Made by a program: the position numbers and the translations under genes. A DNA stretch of 35,108 bases from a virus (lineage: Duplodnaviria; Heunggongvirae; Uroviricota; Caudoviricetes): IMG/VR virus record IMGVR_UViG_3300020060_000009. One strand, given 5' to 3'. Below are positions 1 through 8,669 of the stretch, piece by piece. Position 1 is the stretch's first letter. The number at the start of each line of letters is the position of its first letter. A model generated the notes under the pieces. That model saw only the letters and a list, made by a program, of their open reading frames with translations. It searched no databases and was not told the DNA's origin.

Positions 1-1152
1 AGCAGCATTTAACTGCATACCGAATAGTTCTTCTGCTGATAGTTCATCAAGTGCGTCGCTTTTAGCTTTTTCAGCTTCGGCAATAGCACGGAACTCAGGA
101 GCTTGAGCAGACTTGTCAAGGGCGTTCTTAGCGTCAGCTTTAGCTGTTGCTAGTTCTTCTTGAATAGGCTTAAGAGCAGCAGCGATGGCATTAGCAATAA
201 CTTCTGCTTGTTCTTCTTTAGTCATTTGGTTTTCCTTTTTGTTTAATTCTTCTTGTTTTGCAGCTTCTTCGGCTTCTTCCTTAGCTTTCGCTTCGGCAGC
301 TTCTTCCTCTGCTTTTTTGTCAGCTTCTGCTTTCGCTTGGGCTTCTTCGGCAGCTAGCTTGTCAGCAGCTTCCTTTTCTTCGGCAGCTTTTTTATCAGCT
401 TCCTCTTTAGCAGCTTTTTCTTCTGCTTCTTTTTTCTCTGCTTCTTCTTTTTCGGCTAATTCCTTAGCTTCTTTTTCAGCAGCAAGTTTTGCTTCTTCTG
501 CATCATTAGCGACTTTCTCGGCAGCTAATTTCTCAGCTTCAATCTTAGCAGCTTCTTCAACAGCGAGTTTTTCTTTTTCTTCTTTTGTCATGCTTTCTTC
601 CTCAACGGCATTTTTGATACTGGCTTCGATGCCTGTAACGTCCATACCATTTGACTTAGAGCGTTCAAGTGAATTATGAACAATCTCGTTAAATTGATTT
701 GCAACAGCGTTATAGTTATTTGGTAATACTACCTGTGATAATCCTACAAGCTCAGCGTTATAAAAGATTCTATCTTGTTCATCGGGATATGGCCCCATTG
801 TTTCAATACTGAATGCGTTTGAGAAACCTCCTACAAATAGGTCATAAGCCAATTTGGCATATGCGTTCTCTTTAACAGCGTATTGAATAGCTGAGACAAT
901 AACGCGATTTCCTTGCTTAGCGACACCAATTGCTTTACCAATTAAGTTGCCAAGTGAATCTACGTGGTCAGCAGTAATCTGCTTTCCGTACTGGTTGATG
1001 TCCATCGAGTTGATGTCATACTTTGTACCATTGCGCTGGACAGAATCATCAGTAATAGTTAGACCACCAGGGAAAGAAATTAATCCATCACCCTCGTCCG
1101 TAAAACTGTTCTTAGAAACTGAGACTTGTAATTGGTTTTTGTTTTTTTCCAT
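1..1152 (-). CDS. Prohead protease (HK97-like) followed by E/K/A-rich scaffold linker, probably continuing into major capsid protein; 3'-truncated by window edge
   Basis: Hand translation from ATG at 1152 is open to base 1: MEKNKNQLQVSVSKNSFTDEGDGLISFPGGLTITDDSVQRNGTKYD...ITADHVDS...GFSNAFSIETMG...AELVGLSQVVLPNN. This resembles the HK97-type protease pattern (D..D, xDH, FSI, ELSxV). About 120 aa of E/K/A coiled coil follow. Absent from the ORF track because no stop is in the window. Confidence 0.75.
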   Translation of the reverse strand, partial: MEKNKNQLQVSVSKNSFTDEGDGLISFPGGLTITDDSVQRNGTKYDINSMDINQYGKQITADHVDSLGNLIGKAIGVAKQGNRVIVSAIQYAVKENAYAKLAYDLFVGGFSNAFSIETMGPYPDEQDRIFYNAELVGLSQVVLPNNYNAVANQFNEIVHNSLERSKSNGMDVTGIEASIKNAVEEESMTKEEKEKLAVEEAAKIEAEKLAAEKVANDAEEAKLAAEKEAKELAEKEEAEKKEAEEKAAKEEADKKAAEEKEAADKLAAEEAQAKAEADKKAEEEAAEAKAKEEAEEAAKQEELNKKENQMTKEEQAEVIANAIAAALKPIQEELATAKADAKNALDKSAQAPEFRAIAEAEKAKSDALDELSAEELFGMQLNAA

Positions 1153-1308
1153 TTACTTCTTTCTCGTTTTCTGTTTCTGTATTTTTTTAAGGTGTTTTTG
1201 TTTAATGGTTATCATATCTTGGTACTTTAACTAGTCTCTGGATACCTTCATTTGTTATTATACACGAAATGCTTTTTTGAAACCTTTAAGTAATAAAGCA
1301 AGCTAACC

Positions 1309-2568
1309 CTAGTAAGTCGTAGTTACCCAGCTAGAACCGTTCCACCTCTTTACAGGTTTGGTTACCCAAGCACTACCATTCCATACTTTAACAGGTTTTG
1401 CAACAAAAGATGAGCCATTATAAACCTTGATCTTTCCAGATGCGCTAGGGTAATAAACAACCATAGCAGCCATAGCAAGTACCCATAGATCAGGAGTACT
1501 ATCAGCGTCAGTGTTCGCAACACCAATCTGTGCATTGTCTATAGAGTTTGTACCTGTTGCAGTCCAAGCGACACCAGTGGTAGGGTCTGTTTCGGAAACA
1601 AGAGGCAACCCAAAAGCAGTTGTACCATTTGGGTTAGTACGAGGGGTTGTGTTACCAGCATCAACCGATGATGTTGAAGTTACTGTACCTCCCGATGCTG
1701 ATTTAATACGCAACTGGTAACTAGATGTCCCAGCAGCTTCCTCGCGCACACGCGCCAATACGAACACCCCTGAAATAATGTCAGAAGACCCTATACCAGC
1801 AGTCGATGAATCTGTCACGTTGTAATCAGCAATATCACCATTGTTATCTAGCTCAATCATTGTGCTACCAGATGTAGCTGTATCAGTAGGAGGTAACTCG
1901 TTGATATATGAATAAACACCAGTAGTAGCAGCATTGTCACCAGCAGCAGTAGGTAGTAAAATAGCAACCTTTGAGCCAACAGGAGCATACGTGTTATTCA
2001 CCGAACCTGAGCTGTCATTAACAATAACATTGTCAAAACGTAGGTCACAAGTACCGGAATCAATAACACCTAAACGAATAACATTCATGTCCATTGTTAC
2101 ACCTGTTGCGCCAGATGCGAATGCAACACCATTTATTGTTCCTTCACAAGTACCAGCAGCACGGTTATAGCGAAGTCCAACCTGATAAACTGTGCCTGTT
2201 GTAAGAGCAGAGCTATCTGAACCGCGCTGTATTGGACCCTGCGCATCAAAAAGACGCAAAGTATTATTGCTGTTTAATTGAATCATTGGACCATTGCCGT
2301 TAACATTGTCCCTGAATAAAGCAATAGTTATCGTACCAGCTGGGGCACTAACGATCTTAAGGTTAAATGTGAAGAAACGATCAGTTGCTACGGCAGTGGC
2401 CATGTATGTGTGCGTAAATGAGGGGGTAGTTGCGGCTGCATTGGCTCGTATTTCAGAACCTCCTGTGATAGGGGTTGTACTGTTAACCGTTATACCACCT
2501 GTTGAAGTTTCCCATTCAAAACCAGCAGTTGCGATTTTCCATTCCGCACCAGTAGCATATTTCAACAT
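1309..2568 (-). CDS. Virion receptor-binding/minor tail protein with ConA/LamG-like lectin domain and C-terminal KVWNGSxW repeats
   Basis: 419 aa, T/S/G/A-rich. N-terminal beta-sandwich-like pattern (..LRFDNVIVND) and three terminal KVYNGSSF/KVWNGSAW/KRWNGSSW repeats. Start overlaps the tailspike stop. Confidence 0.6.
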   Translation of the reverse strand: MLKYATGAEWKIATAGFEWETSTGGITVNSTTPITGGSEIRANAAATTPSFTHTYMATAVATDRFFTFNLKIVSAPAGTITIALFRDNVNGNGPMIQLNSNNTLRLFDAQGPIQRGSDSSALTTGTVYQVGLRYNRAAGTCEGTINGVAFASGATGVTMDMNVIRLGVIDSGTCDLRFDNVIVNDSSGSVNNTYAPVGSKVAILLPTAAGDNAATTGVYSYINELPPTDTATSGSTMIELDNNGDIADYNVTDSSTAGIGSSDIISGVFVLARVREEAAGTSSYQLRIKSASGGTVTSTSSVDAGNTTPRTNPNGTTAFGLPLVSETDPTTGVAWTATGTNSIDNAQIGVANTDADSTPDLWVLAMAAMVVYYPSASGKIKVYNGSSFVAKPVKVWNGSAWVTKPVKRWNGSSWVTTTY

Positions 2569-5500
2569 TAGTTAGTGTCCACCCAAAGATCACCTGTAGC
2601 AGGGCTAGAAGGGGCAGATGTACCCTGGCTTATTTTAGCTACAGTTGTTGAGGCAACATAATCAGTACCAGCGACTGCTGCTGTAAATGCGCTTGTACCG
2701 TTACCTTTCACAAGACCTGTAAGTGTTGATACCCCAGTACCTCCATCAGCAACAGTTAGGTCGGTTATACCTGTAATTGAACCGCCAGTAATTGTAACGC
2801 TTGATGACGCTTGGGTAGCGATACTTCCAAGCCCTAGTGTAGTTCGTTGCGCAGCAGCATCAGCATCATCCACTAATGCGCGCCCAGCTGTAGTAAATGT
2901 CGCAAGACTGGCTGTACCAGAACCTGTGAAGTAAGGCAAAGTATCTGCCGCTGATGTAAGACCAGCAATTGCAGTTAATTCACTGTCGAGTGGTTGTAGA
3001 GTTTCTATTTTATCTCTTACGGCATTCTTAGTAGGGACTTCTAATGAAGCGTTCCAAGCTGTTGCATCATAAGCTTCATCTGGAACTACAACATCAGAAG
3101 TGAATGTAGCAGCAGTTGTAGATAGATCTAGGTATTTTGTACCACCAAGTGCAAAGCCAAGATTAGACGCACCAATACGATACATACCCGTGTTAATCTC
3201 GGATGTAAATCCGTAAGATACAGCAGATGTTGAACCGTTATTTACATACCAGTTACCACCACTGTTCATGTAAGCAATAGCTGTGCCAGCACTGTTCTGC
3301 GCCTCTATATAGCGACCAGACTGAGAAGCAAATCCCTTTAAGGTAACTAGTTTGTCGGCAGCAGCTGTAGACAAAACATTGAACGGGAACTTACCCACTG
3401 TTGTGCTAACATCGTTTGTAGCATAGTTTACAAGCGTATCATAGATAACTCCTGATGGGATTGTACCACTTATCATTACATCAACACTGTTAGCATGAGT
3501 ACGTTCTTCTTTCCATGCTCTGTTACCAGTCCCTACAGCAAACACATTGCCAATAATTGTAATATCATTAGTTGCCACAGTTGCAGTATCTTGTAGTCTT
3601 ATAGCGTTTGTAGCTGTATTAAACTCACAGTTTACAATGTGAATCTTATTGCTTGATTTAAGGTTAATCCACGTTGATACAGTTGTGCCTGTGAACCAAC
3701 AGTTAGATATCCAACATTGAGTTTGGTATTGAAGATCAATACCAATTCCAGATGTAGATGATACGTTACACCAATCTAGGTAAATTCCTCCAGGAATGGT
3801 GGCAGCAGTAGGGTCGGACGATGAGTCCCAAACAGTAACAAGTGCATTCGTTGATTGCACAAAACGACAGTTTCTAAATTTAACTGTATCTTGGTTGGTT
3901 AGCTTGACATTGTTTGTAGTCGTATTGTTACCGTCAAAGGTAATATTTTCGAATACAATATCGTGTTTAAGATCAGCGTTTGTACTAGGGTTTGTAGTCC
4001 CAGTAATTTGAACCATATCAGTAAGAGTCACTGATGCAGATGTTTTGAAAGTTACTCCCCCAGATGACTGGCGAGCCATGCGTTCACCGCGAACGGTCAC
4101 ATTCTCTGGAACCGTTAGAGTAGCCGCAATTCTATAAGGGTTAGTCCCTGCAAGAATTTCAACTACACCACCACCAGCAGTGTTTACAGCATTAATAGCG
4201 GCTTGAATTTCAACATCGTCAGCTGTCCCATCGGCAGTATAATCGGCAACTCTTGTATTATCTCTGGTAACAGTTTGTCTCACTGTTCTTTTAATTTTAG
4301 GAGAGCTAATTGTTCCGCCGATATCTCCACCAATTTGAACCTTAGTATCTAAAGCTGTCTGTTGAAGAGTTGAAATAGGCTTTGAGGCGTCGGAGGTATT
4401 ATCAACATTCCCAAGTCCAACATCACCTTTGACGATACCAGTTGGAGTGTTGATGACTGGTGAAGTAAGTGTCTTATTAGTAAGTGTTTGTACCCCAGCA
4501 AGCGTAACATCTCCCTGCGGAGCAGCCGCAACTGCTTTAAGCACAATTTCCTGAGCTCTTCTACCGGATATCGCACGTGATACTGAACTTGTTCCGGCTG
4601 TAATTTCAGCAGACGGTATTTCAGCATAACTCGTATCAGGAGGAGTTTGCCACTGACCATCACCGCGAAGGTAATTACCAGCTCCAGGCGTACCAGTAGC
4701 AGCAATAGCAGCAATAGCAATATTAGATATAGTATTGCTTGCACCTGAAATAGTTTTGTTGGTTAGAGTTACAGAAGCCGCATTTTTAGTAGTGTCACTA
4801 GTATTGTCAACATTACTAAGACCAACAGCAGCTTTGTTCAATGGCTGGAATGTTTTGTCGCCACGGTAGTAGTCCGCAGTCGTCGTTGCGGTAATTGTTG
4901 CTTCTTTACCACTCAACGCCATAGATGTTGCTGTAGAGACTGGTTTGCTTGCGTCGGAAGTGTTATCTACATTGCTGAGGCCTACATCACCTTTAGCTAA
5001 GGCACGTGATTGCCACCCGTTTAATATGTCATATACTATAGAATCGCCATTAGAAACTGAGGCAAATGATGAAAGGTCTAAATCTGTTCCGGCTAAAGCT
5101 CTCGCATTCCATATACCGTTATTAGGGTCTACACTTAAAGCGACATTAGGAAAGTCACTGTTATCTACATTTATAATACCGTCTCCAGATATAGATTGAA
5201 CGCCATCCGAATCTACTGGGAAATTGTTTGCACCTTGATTATCCTGAATAATCGTATCTGAACCATCGTTATCAACAGCAGTAGTAAAGAATGTGAATGC
5301 GTTATCTGTGATAAGAGTAGCTTCTGCACCAGAAGAAACATGGACACCCGTTGCGAAACCAGCAATAGAGTTACCAGAAATAATACCCTTATCTTGTCCT
5401 CCTCCAACTGTTACACCAACAAATCCAACTTGTGGCGCTTGAGTAGCGGGGGCAGAACCCACACTTGAGATGCTATTTCCAGTTACTGTAGTAGCGAACC

Positions 5501-6752
5501 CAGGAGTTGTGCCATTCATCAGCACGGCTGAACCCTGATAGTTTAAGTAAATAGTGTTCCCACTAACAATATCACCATCAATAGCTGTTACAGCATTACC
5601 ACCAGCTTGGAATACAGAGTTACCTGTAAATGCAGTCCTATAGTCCATAGAACAAGCTTCACCATTTTTACAGAAGAATGAGTTACCTGCAATAGAACAA
5701 TGCTCGCCAATTGTGTGAATTAGTGGTCCACCGCCATTATTAACAGCGAATGCATAAACAAAGTTACCGGAAAATGATACATTTTGGTTTAATTCAATAC
5801 CACCAGCGACTGTATGAGGCACGATAAAGTGGCTACCAGTAACTCTACCTCTTGAACCAATGATAACCTGTCCACTACCGCTAGAGGCTTCAATTCTGCT
5901 TGCAATAACGTCAGTATAAAGACCCGTTGTGAAGAACCCAGATGTTGTTCCATTTTTTACATAACAGTTCTCAATAACACTATATTGTCCTGATATTGTT
6001 AAATTTTTACCTGAATTTGTATTTACAGTAACATCTTTGAATGTAAGGAGCTCGCCAGACAGTGTTAAGCTATTGCTTAATGTCAAGATTGTGTTACCAC
6101 TACCAGCACCGTGAATAGAAATACCAGTGAGAGCGAATGTTCCCCCTGTTTCTGTATAACTACCTGATTTTACGAAGATAGAATCCCCGTTTGAGGCCGC
6201 ATTTAGAGCATCTGTAAGAGTCGCATAGTCATCAGGAACAACTGCATCATAAATTTGTGGCGCAGTTGAACCAATTGAGGATACTACAGGGTTACGAGGG
6301 TCTGTATTATCTACAGTTACATTTGTACCAGCAATAACAGCTTGTACTGCACTGTCAGCCTTTGTTCCTTGAGTAGCAGTAGCAAATTCGTTAAATTCGT
6401 GAGAAGCTACAGAGCCTAACGTAGGTTTGCCTGTAAGGTCATTGTATGCCCCTGAAAGAGCTACCGACGCTAAACTAGAGATATTAGCTTTTAAGTTAAG
6501 AGCTGTTTGTGTTGCTGTGCTTACGGGTTTGTTGATATCAGAGGTGTTATCAACACTGGAAAGTCCGATATCAGTCTTGTCGATGATAACTACACCTTGC
6601 TTACCATTTACGCTAGTAACAAGATTAGATGCTGGAGGCCCGACAGGTCCCTCTGGGCCTACTTTGCCTGTGTGTTGTAATCTAATATTATGAGTGCGAT
6701 TGACAACTTTAATAGTCTTCTCGCGCTTATTGAGAATAATTCTTTGTGCCAT
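2568..6752 (-). CDS. Tailspike/tail fibre with two pectate-lyase-like right-handed beta-helix domains
   Basis: 1394 aa. Beta-helix start caps [28 protein letters not shown] (~6250) and [28 protein letters not shown] (~4230), each followed by ISGN/FTGN repeats. Collagen-like GPEGPVGPP, four GLxxVDNTSDxxKPxST fibre repeats, terminal [15 protein letters not shown]. Confidence 0.8.
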   Translation of the reverse strand: MAQRIILNKREKTIKVVNRTHNIRLQHTGKVGPEGPVGPPASNLVTSVNGKQGVVIIDKTDIGLSSVDNTSDINKPVSTATQTALNLKANISSLASVALSGAYNDLTGKPTLGSVASHEFNEFATATQGTKADSAVQAVIAGTNVTVDNTDPRNPVVSSIGSTAPQIYDAVVPDDYATLTDALNAASNGDSIFVKSGSYTETGGTFALTGISIHGAGSGNTILTLSNSLTLSGELLTFKDVTVNTNSGKNLTISGQYSVIENCYVKNGTTSGFFTTGLYTDVIASRIEASSGSGQVIIGSRGRVTGSHFIVPHTVAGGIELNQNVSFSGNFVYAFAVNNGGGPLIHTIGEHCSIAGNSFFCKNGEACSMDYRTAFTGNSVFQAGGNAVTAIDGDIVSGNTIYLNYQGSAVLMNGTTPGFATTVTGNSISSVGSAPATQAPQVGFVGVTVGGGQDKGIISGNSIAGFATGVHVSSGAEATLITDNAFTFFTTAVDNDGSDTIIQDNQGANNFPVDSDGVQSISGDGIINVDNSDFPNVALSVDPNNGIWNARALAGTDLDLSSFASVSNGDSIVYDILNGWQSRALAKGDVGLSNVDNTSDASKPVSTATSMALSGKEATITATTTADYYRGDKTFQPLNKAAVGLSNVDNTSDTTKNAASVTLTNKTISGASNTISNIAIAAIAATGTPGAGNYLRGDGQWQTPPDTSYAEIPSAEITAGTSSVSRAISGRRAQEIVLKAVAAAPQGDVTLAGVQTLTNKTLTSPVINTPTGIVKGDVGLGNVDNTSDASKPISTLQQTALDTKVQIGGDIGGTISSPKIKRTVRQTVTRDNTRVADYTADGTADDVEIQAAINAVNTAGGGVVEILAGTNPYRIAATLTVPENVTVRGERMARQSSGGVTFKTSASVTLTDMVQITGTTNPSTNADLKHDIVFENITFDGNNTTTNNVKLTNQDTVKFRNCRFVQSTNALVTVWDSSSDPTAATIPGGIYLDWCNVSSTSGIGIDLQYQTQCWISNCWFTGTTVSTWINLKSSNKIHIVNCEFNTATNAIRLQDTATVATNDITIIGNVFAVGTGNRAWKEERTHANSVDVMISGTIPSGVIYDTLVNYATNDVSTTVGKFPFNVLSTAAADKLVTLKGFASQSGRYIEAQNSAGTAIAYMNSGGNWYVNNGSTSAVSYGFTSEINTGMYRIGASNLGFALGGTKYLDLSTTAATFTSDVVVPDEAYDATAWNASLEVPTKNAVRDKIETLQPLDSELTAIAGLTSAADTLPYFTGSGTASLATFTTAGRALVDDADAAAQRTTLGLGSIATQASSSVTITGGSITGITDLTVADGGTGVSTLTGLVKGNGTSAFTAAVAGTDYVASTTVAKISQGTSAPSSPATGDLWVDTN

Positions 6753-7087
6753 TACGATACCTCTATTTGATCAAGAGCTTCACAAACTTCGAATATTGGG
6801 AACTCTGATTCACAACCATCACAATCACCAGATGGAGATGGGTATTTAGCTGGTTCACCAACGGTTCCTGTAACATTGATCTGATAATAATATGTCCCCA
6901 GAGGAATTTCAGTCTCTGCGCCAGTAAAGAAAAATACTCCCTCGCCATCCGTAAGAGAAATGCTCTGTGTAAGAACATAAGCCTGTCCAGGCTTTCCTAT
7001 AAAAATAGCAGCAGTTACAGCGGTAACATCTGCGGCGTCAAGTGGAAGCGTTACGCTTTCCCCATATCTAATACTAATCGAGTCCAT
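6752..7087 (-). CDS. Small Ig-like virion adaptor (BppU N-terminal-like), first gene of tailspike operon
   Basis: 111 aa, [11 protein letters not shown]...[10 protein letters not shown] pattern typical of baseplate-upper Ig-like domains. Start of the tailspike overlaps its stop. Confidence 0.45.
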   Translation of the reverse strand: MDSISIRYGESVTLPLDAADVTAVTAAIFIGKPGQAYVLTQSISLTDGEGVFFFTGAETEIPLGTYYYQINVTGTVGEPAKYPSPSGDCDGCESEFPIFEVCEALDQIEVS

Positions 7088-7212
7088 ATTTTCCTTCGGT
7101 AAGTCTAAGTTTTTGCAACATCGTTTCCATCGCTAGGAAACTTAGACACCTTATCATGAAAGCCTTACCACTTCCGAAGGAACGTTGCACTAATCGCTAG
7201 GATTTTGTGTCT
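7088..7212 (-). promoter_or_regulatory. Structured 5' leader with RBS-sequestering hairpin and a mutually exclusive alternative helix
   Basis: Perfect inverted repeats 7174-7182/7091-7099 (covers SD GAAGGAA) and 7138-7147/7103-7112. Alternative bulged helix 7179-7189/7114-7128. 10-nt direct repeat at 7129-7138 and 7193-7202. Confidence 0.7.
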
Positions 7213-7218
7213 AAACTA

Positions 7219-7229
7219 AGTATAACAGA
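7219..7229 (-). promoter_or_regulatory. Putative late promoter TCTGTTATACT (extended -10), copy 1
   Basis: Identical 11-mer at 7219, 7518 and 12151, each intergenic and upstream of a morphogenesis-region gene. Matches TGnTATAcT. Confidence 0.6.
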
Positions 7230-7481
7230 CTAGATTGCTTGGACTCTTACGCCTGTTTGAATTTGTGCATCTTCATCAGCACCAAATAGGAAATTAAGCC
7301 CACATTTGCGACAACGAGCTTCTCCACCACTGTTTGGAGTTACTTTAACACATAATGAGTTGCATTTATATAGTTTTTGATCAGACTTGCTAATGCGTTC
7401 ATACGGGCAACGCACTTCTAAAAGCACAGTTGAAGCCTGTGGCAATGCGTTTGAGTCTTTTAAGGGGTTTTCTTTTTGCAT
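7230..7481 (-). CDS. Mu Com-like zinc-finger protein (putative RNA-binding translational regulator)
   Basis: EVRC...KCNSLCVKV...GEARCRKCG aligns by eye with recalled Mu Com SIRCKNCNKLLFKA...IEIRCPRC, with an insertion between the first two Cys. Confidence 0.65.
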   Translation of the reverse strand: MQKENPLKDSNALPQASTVLLEVRCPYERISKSDQKLYKCNSLCVKVTPNSGGEARCRKCGLNFLFGADEDAQIQTGVRVQAI

Positions 7482-7517
7482 GTAATCTCGTTTGGATTTT
7501 TATTTATATCTTCCTTT

Positions 7518-7528
7518 AGTATAACAGA
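7518..7528 (-). promoter_or_regulatory. Putative late promoter TCTGTTATACT, copy 2
   Basis: Exact 11-mer just downstream of a terminator and upstream of the Com-like gene. Confidence 0.6.
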
Positions 7529-7531
7529 AAC

Positions 7532-7595
7532 AAAAAGGCAAAAAACAAGCCCCACAGCGAGACTTACTGTGGGGAATGGGGATTTGTGCCTTTTT
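7532..7595 (-). terminator. Intrinsic terminator closing the small-gene cassette
   Basis: CCCCACAG-9nt-CTGTGGGG (7550-7574) followed by CTTGTTTTTT on minus, plus an outer AAAAAGGCA/TGCCTTTTT pair. Confidence 0.75.
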
Positions 7596-7619
7596 CTTGT
7601 TAAAACGGCTTAGAGAGGC

Positions 7620-7883
7620 TTAGAACGCGTCAGAGGGATGTTCTAAGCGTGGTGCAGACACCTTATCATTGATAGTTGGGATATCACCTGTTTCTTTTTT
7701 AGGCACATTCTTGTTAATCACAGTTGCAGGGATATTTTTCTCGTAGTTGCTGCCATTGGCTTTCACTCGGTCGGTACGTTCCGACTTCTTCGATAAAAAA
7801 TCATCTAGACGCTTCTGCTCTTCACTACTAAGTTTGTAGTAGGGATTGTTTCTTAGCTCAAGTAATTGTTCTATACTTTTCAT
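7620..7883 (-). CDS. Hypothetical protein
   Basis: 87 aa ORF, SD GAAGGAA upstream. Confidence 0.65.
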   Translation of the reverse strand: MKSIEQLLELRNNPYYKLSSEEQKRLDDFLSKKSERTDRVKANGSNYEKNIPATVINKNVPKKETGDIPTINDKVSAPRLEHPSDAF

Positions 7884-7884
7884 T

Positions 7885-8007
7885 TTATTTCCTTCTTCTT
7901 GCTGCCAATATATCTTGCAGTAAGTATTCTGATTCTTCTTTTGTAAACTTTATTTTAATGCCTTCGAGATAAGAGGCCATGATTTTAGTTACAATATCGT
8001 GAATCAT
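7885..8007 (-). CDS. Small hypothetical protein (40 aa, MIHDIVTKIMASYLEG...)
   Basis: Hand translated. ATGA overlap with upstream stop and fills the gap exactly. Confidence 0.55.
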   Translation of the reverse strand: MIHDIVTKIMASYLEGIKIKFTKEESEYLLQDILAARRRK

Positions 8008-8225
8008 TTAATTTCCTTTAATTGTGTTTCTACTAACAAGTATACATCTTCTTCTGGCTTATCTAGGTAACCAGCAAGGTCGCCAGCAGCAATCTTCTTG
8101 ATGTTTTCTAACACTTTCTCGTTTATAGTTGTGCCAGCATCACGGGCATTTTCAAATAGTTGAATGACTACAAGCATACCCATCATCTGGCCATGTCCGT
8201 AGTCATCACTTGGTTTTGGTGGCAT
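8004..8225 (-). CDS. Hypothetical protein (start reassigned to MPPKPSDD)
   Basis: ATG at 8225 avoids an 83-nt overlap with the upstream gene. Confidence 0.6.
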   Translation of the reverse strand: MPPKPSDDYGHGQMMGMLVVIQLFENARDAGTTINEKVLENIKKIAAGDLAGYLDKPEEDVYLLVETQLKEIK

Positions 8226-8238
8226 GTTTGTTTTTCCT

Positions 8239-8442
8239 TTAGCGTGTTGGGAAGATAGGACAAGTCTTAATCCAAAGCTCTTCATATGCTTCATCATATA
8301 GATCGGCAAGTTCAGCAGCATATTCTATCATTGCATCAAGACGCTTTGGTTCATCAGGGTTGTCGAACTTATCCATCACATGGAACTTGTAGGCTCCATG
8401 TAGCTTGTACTTAAGAATCGTTAGGCTTTCTGATTCTCCCAC
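8239..8442 (-). CDS. Hypothetical acidic protein
   Basis: 67 aa, TAGTG coupling to upstream gene. Confidence 0.55.
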   Translation of the reverse strand: MGESESLTILKYKLHGAYKFHVMDKFDNPDEPKRLDAMIEYAAELADLYDEAYEELWIKTCPIFPTR

Positions 8443-8618
8443 TATTGTGCTGCCTCTAGAACGGCTTTGATAAGTTCTTTATCTTTAATCTTAGGAAGAC
8501 CCTTCTCATCTGAGAAGACTTCTTTCTTTTCTACATCTACAAAATACTGTTTATCATTAAGAGTTACTTTCAGTAACGGGGTATCTTTCAGTGTTCCTAC
8601 CATGTATTCTTTAATCAT
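8442..8618 (-). CDS. Hypothetical protein directly downstream of MuF-ART (candidate immunity protein)
   Basis: 58 aa from ATG 8618 with GGAGAG SD, first gene after its own promoter. The immunity role is inference only. Confidence 0.55.
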   Translation of the reverse strand: MIKEYMVGTLKDTPLLKVTLNDKQYFVDVEKKEVFSDEKGLPKIKDKELIKAVLEAAQ

Positions 8619-8638
8619 AAACTCTCCATTCAATCTCT

Positions 8639-8667
8639 ATTATGCTCTTTTTTTGCTAAAAACACAA
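8639..8667 (-). promoter_or_regulatory. Early-type sigma70 promoter TTGTGT-N17-CATAAT
   Basis: One of nine copies with exact 17-bp spacing. Confidence 0.8.
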
Positions 8668-8669
8668 GC

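Noticed and set aside
185-679. 164-aa Ser/Ala/Phe-rich plus-strand ORF
   Set aside because: Antisense shadow of the E/K/A-rich scaffold region. The same applies to the other short plus-strand ORFs in the track except the HNH.
1309-6752. Diversity-generating retroelement target in the receptor-binding genes
   Set aside because: No reverse transcriptase and no TR/VR pair differing only at adenines was seen.
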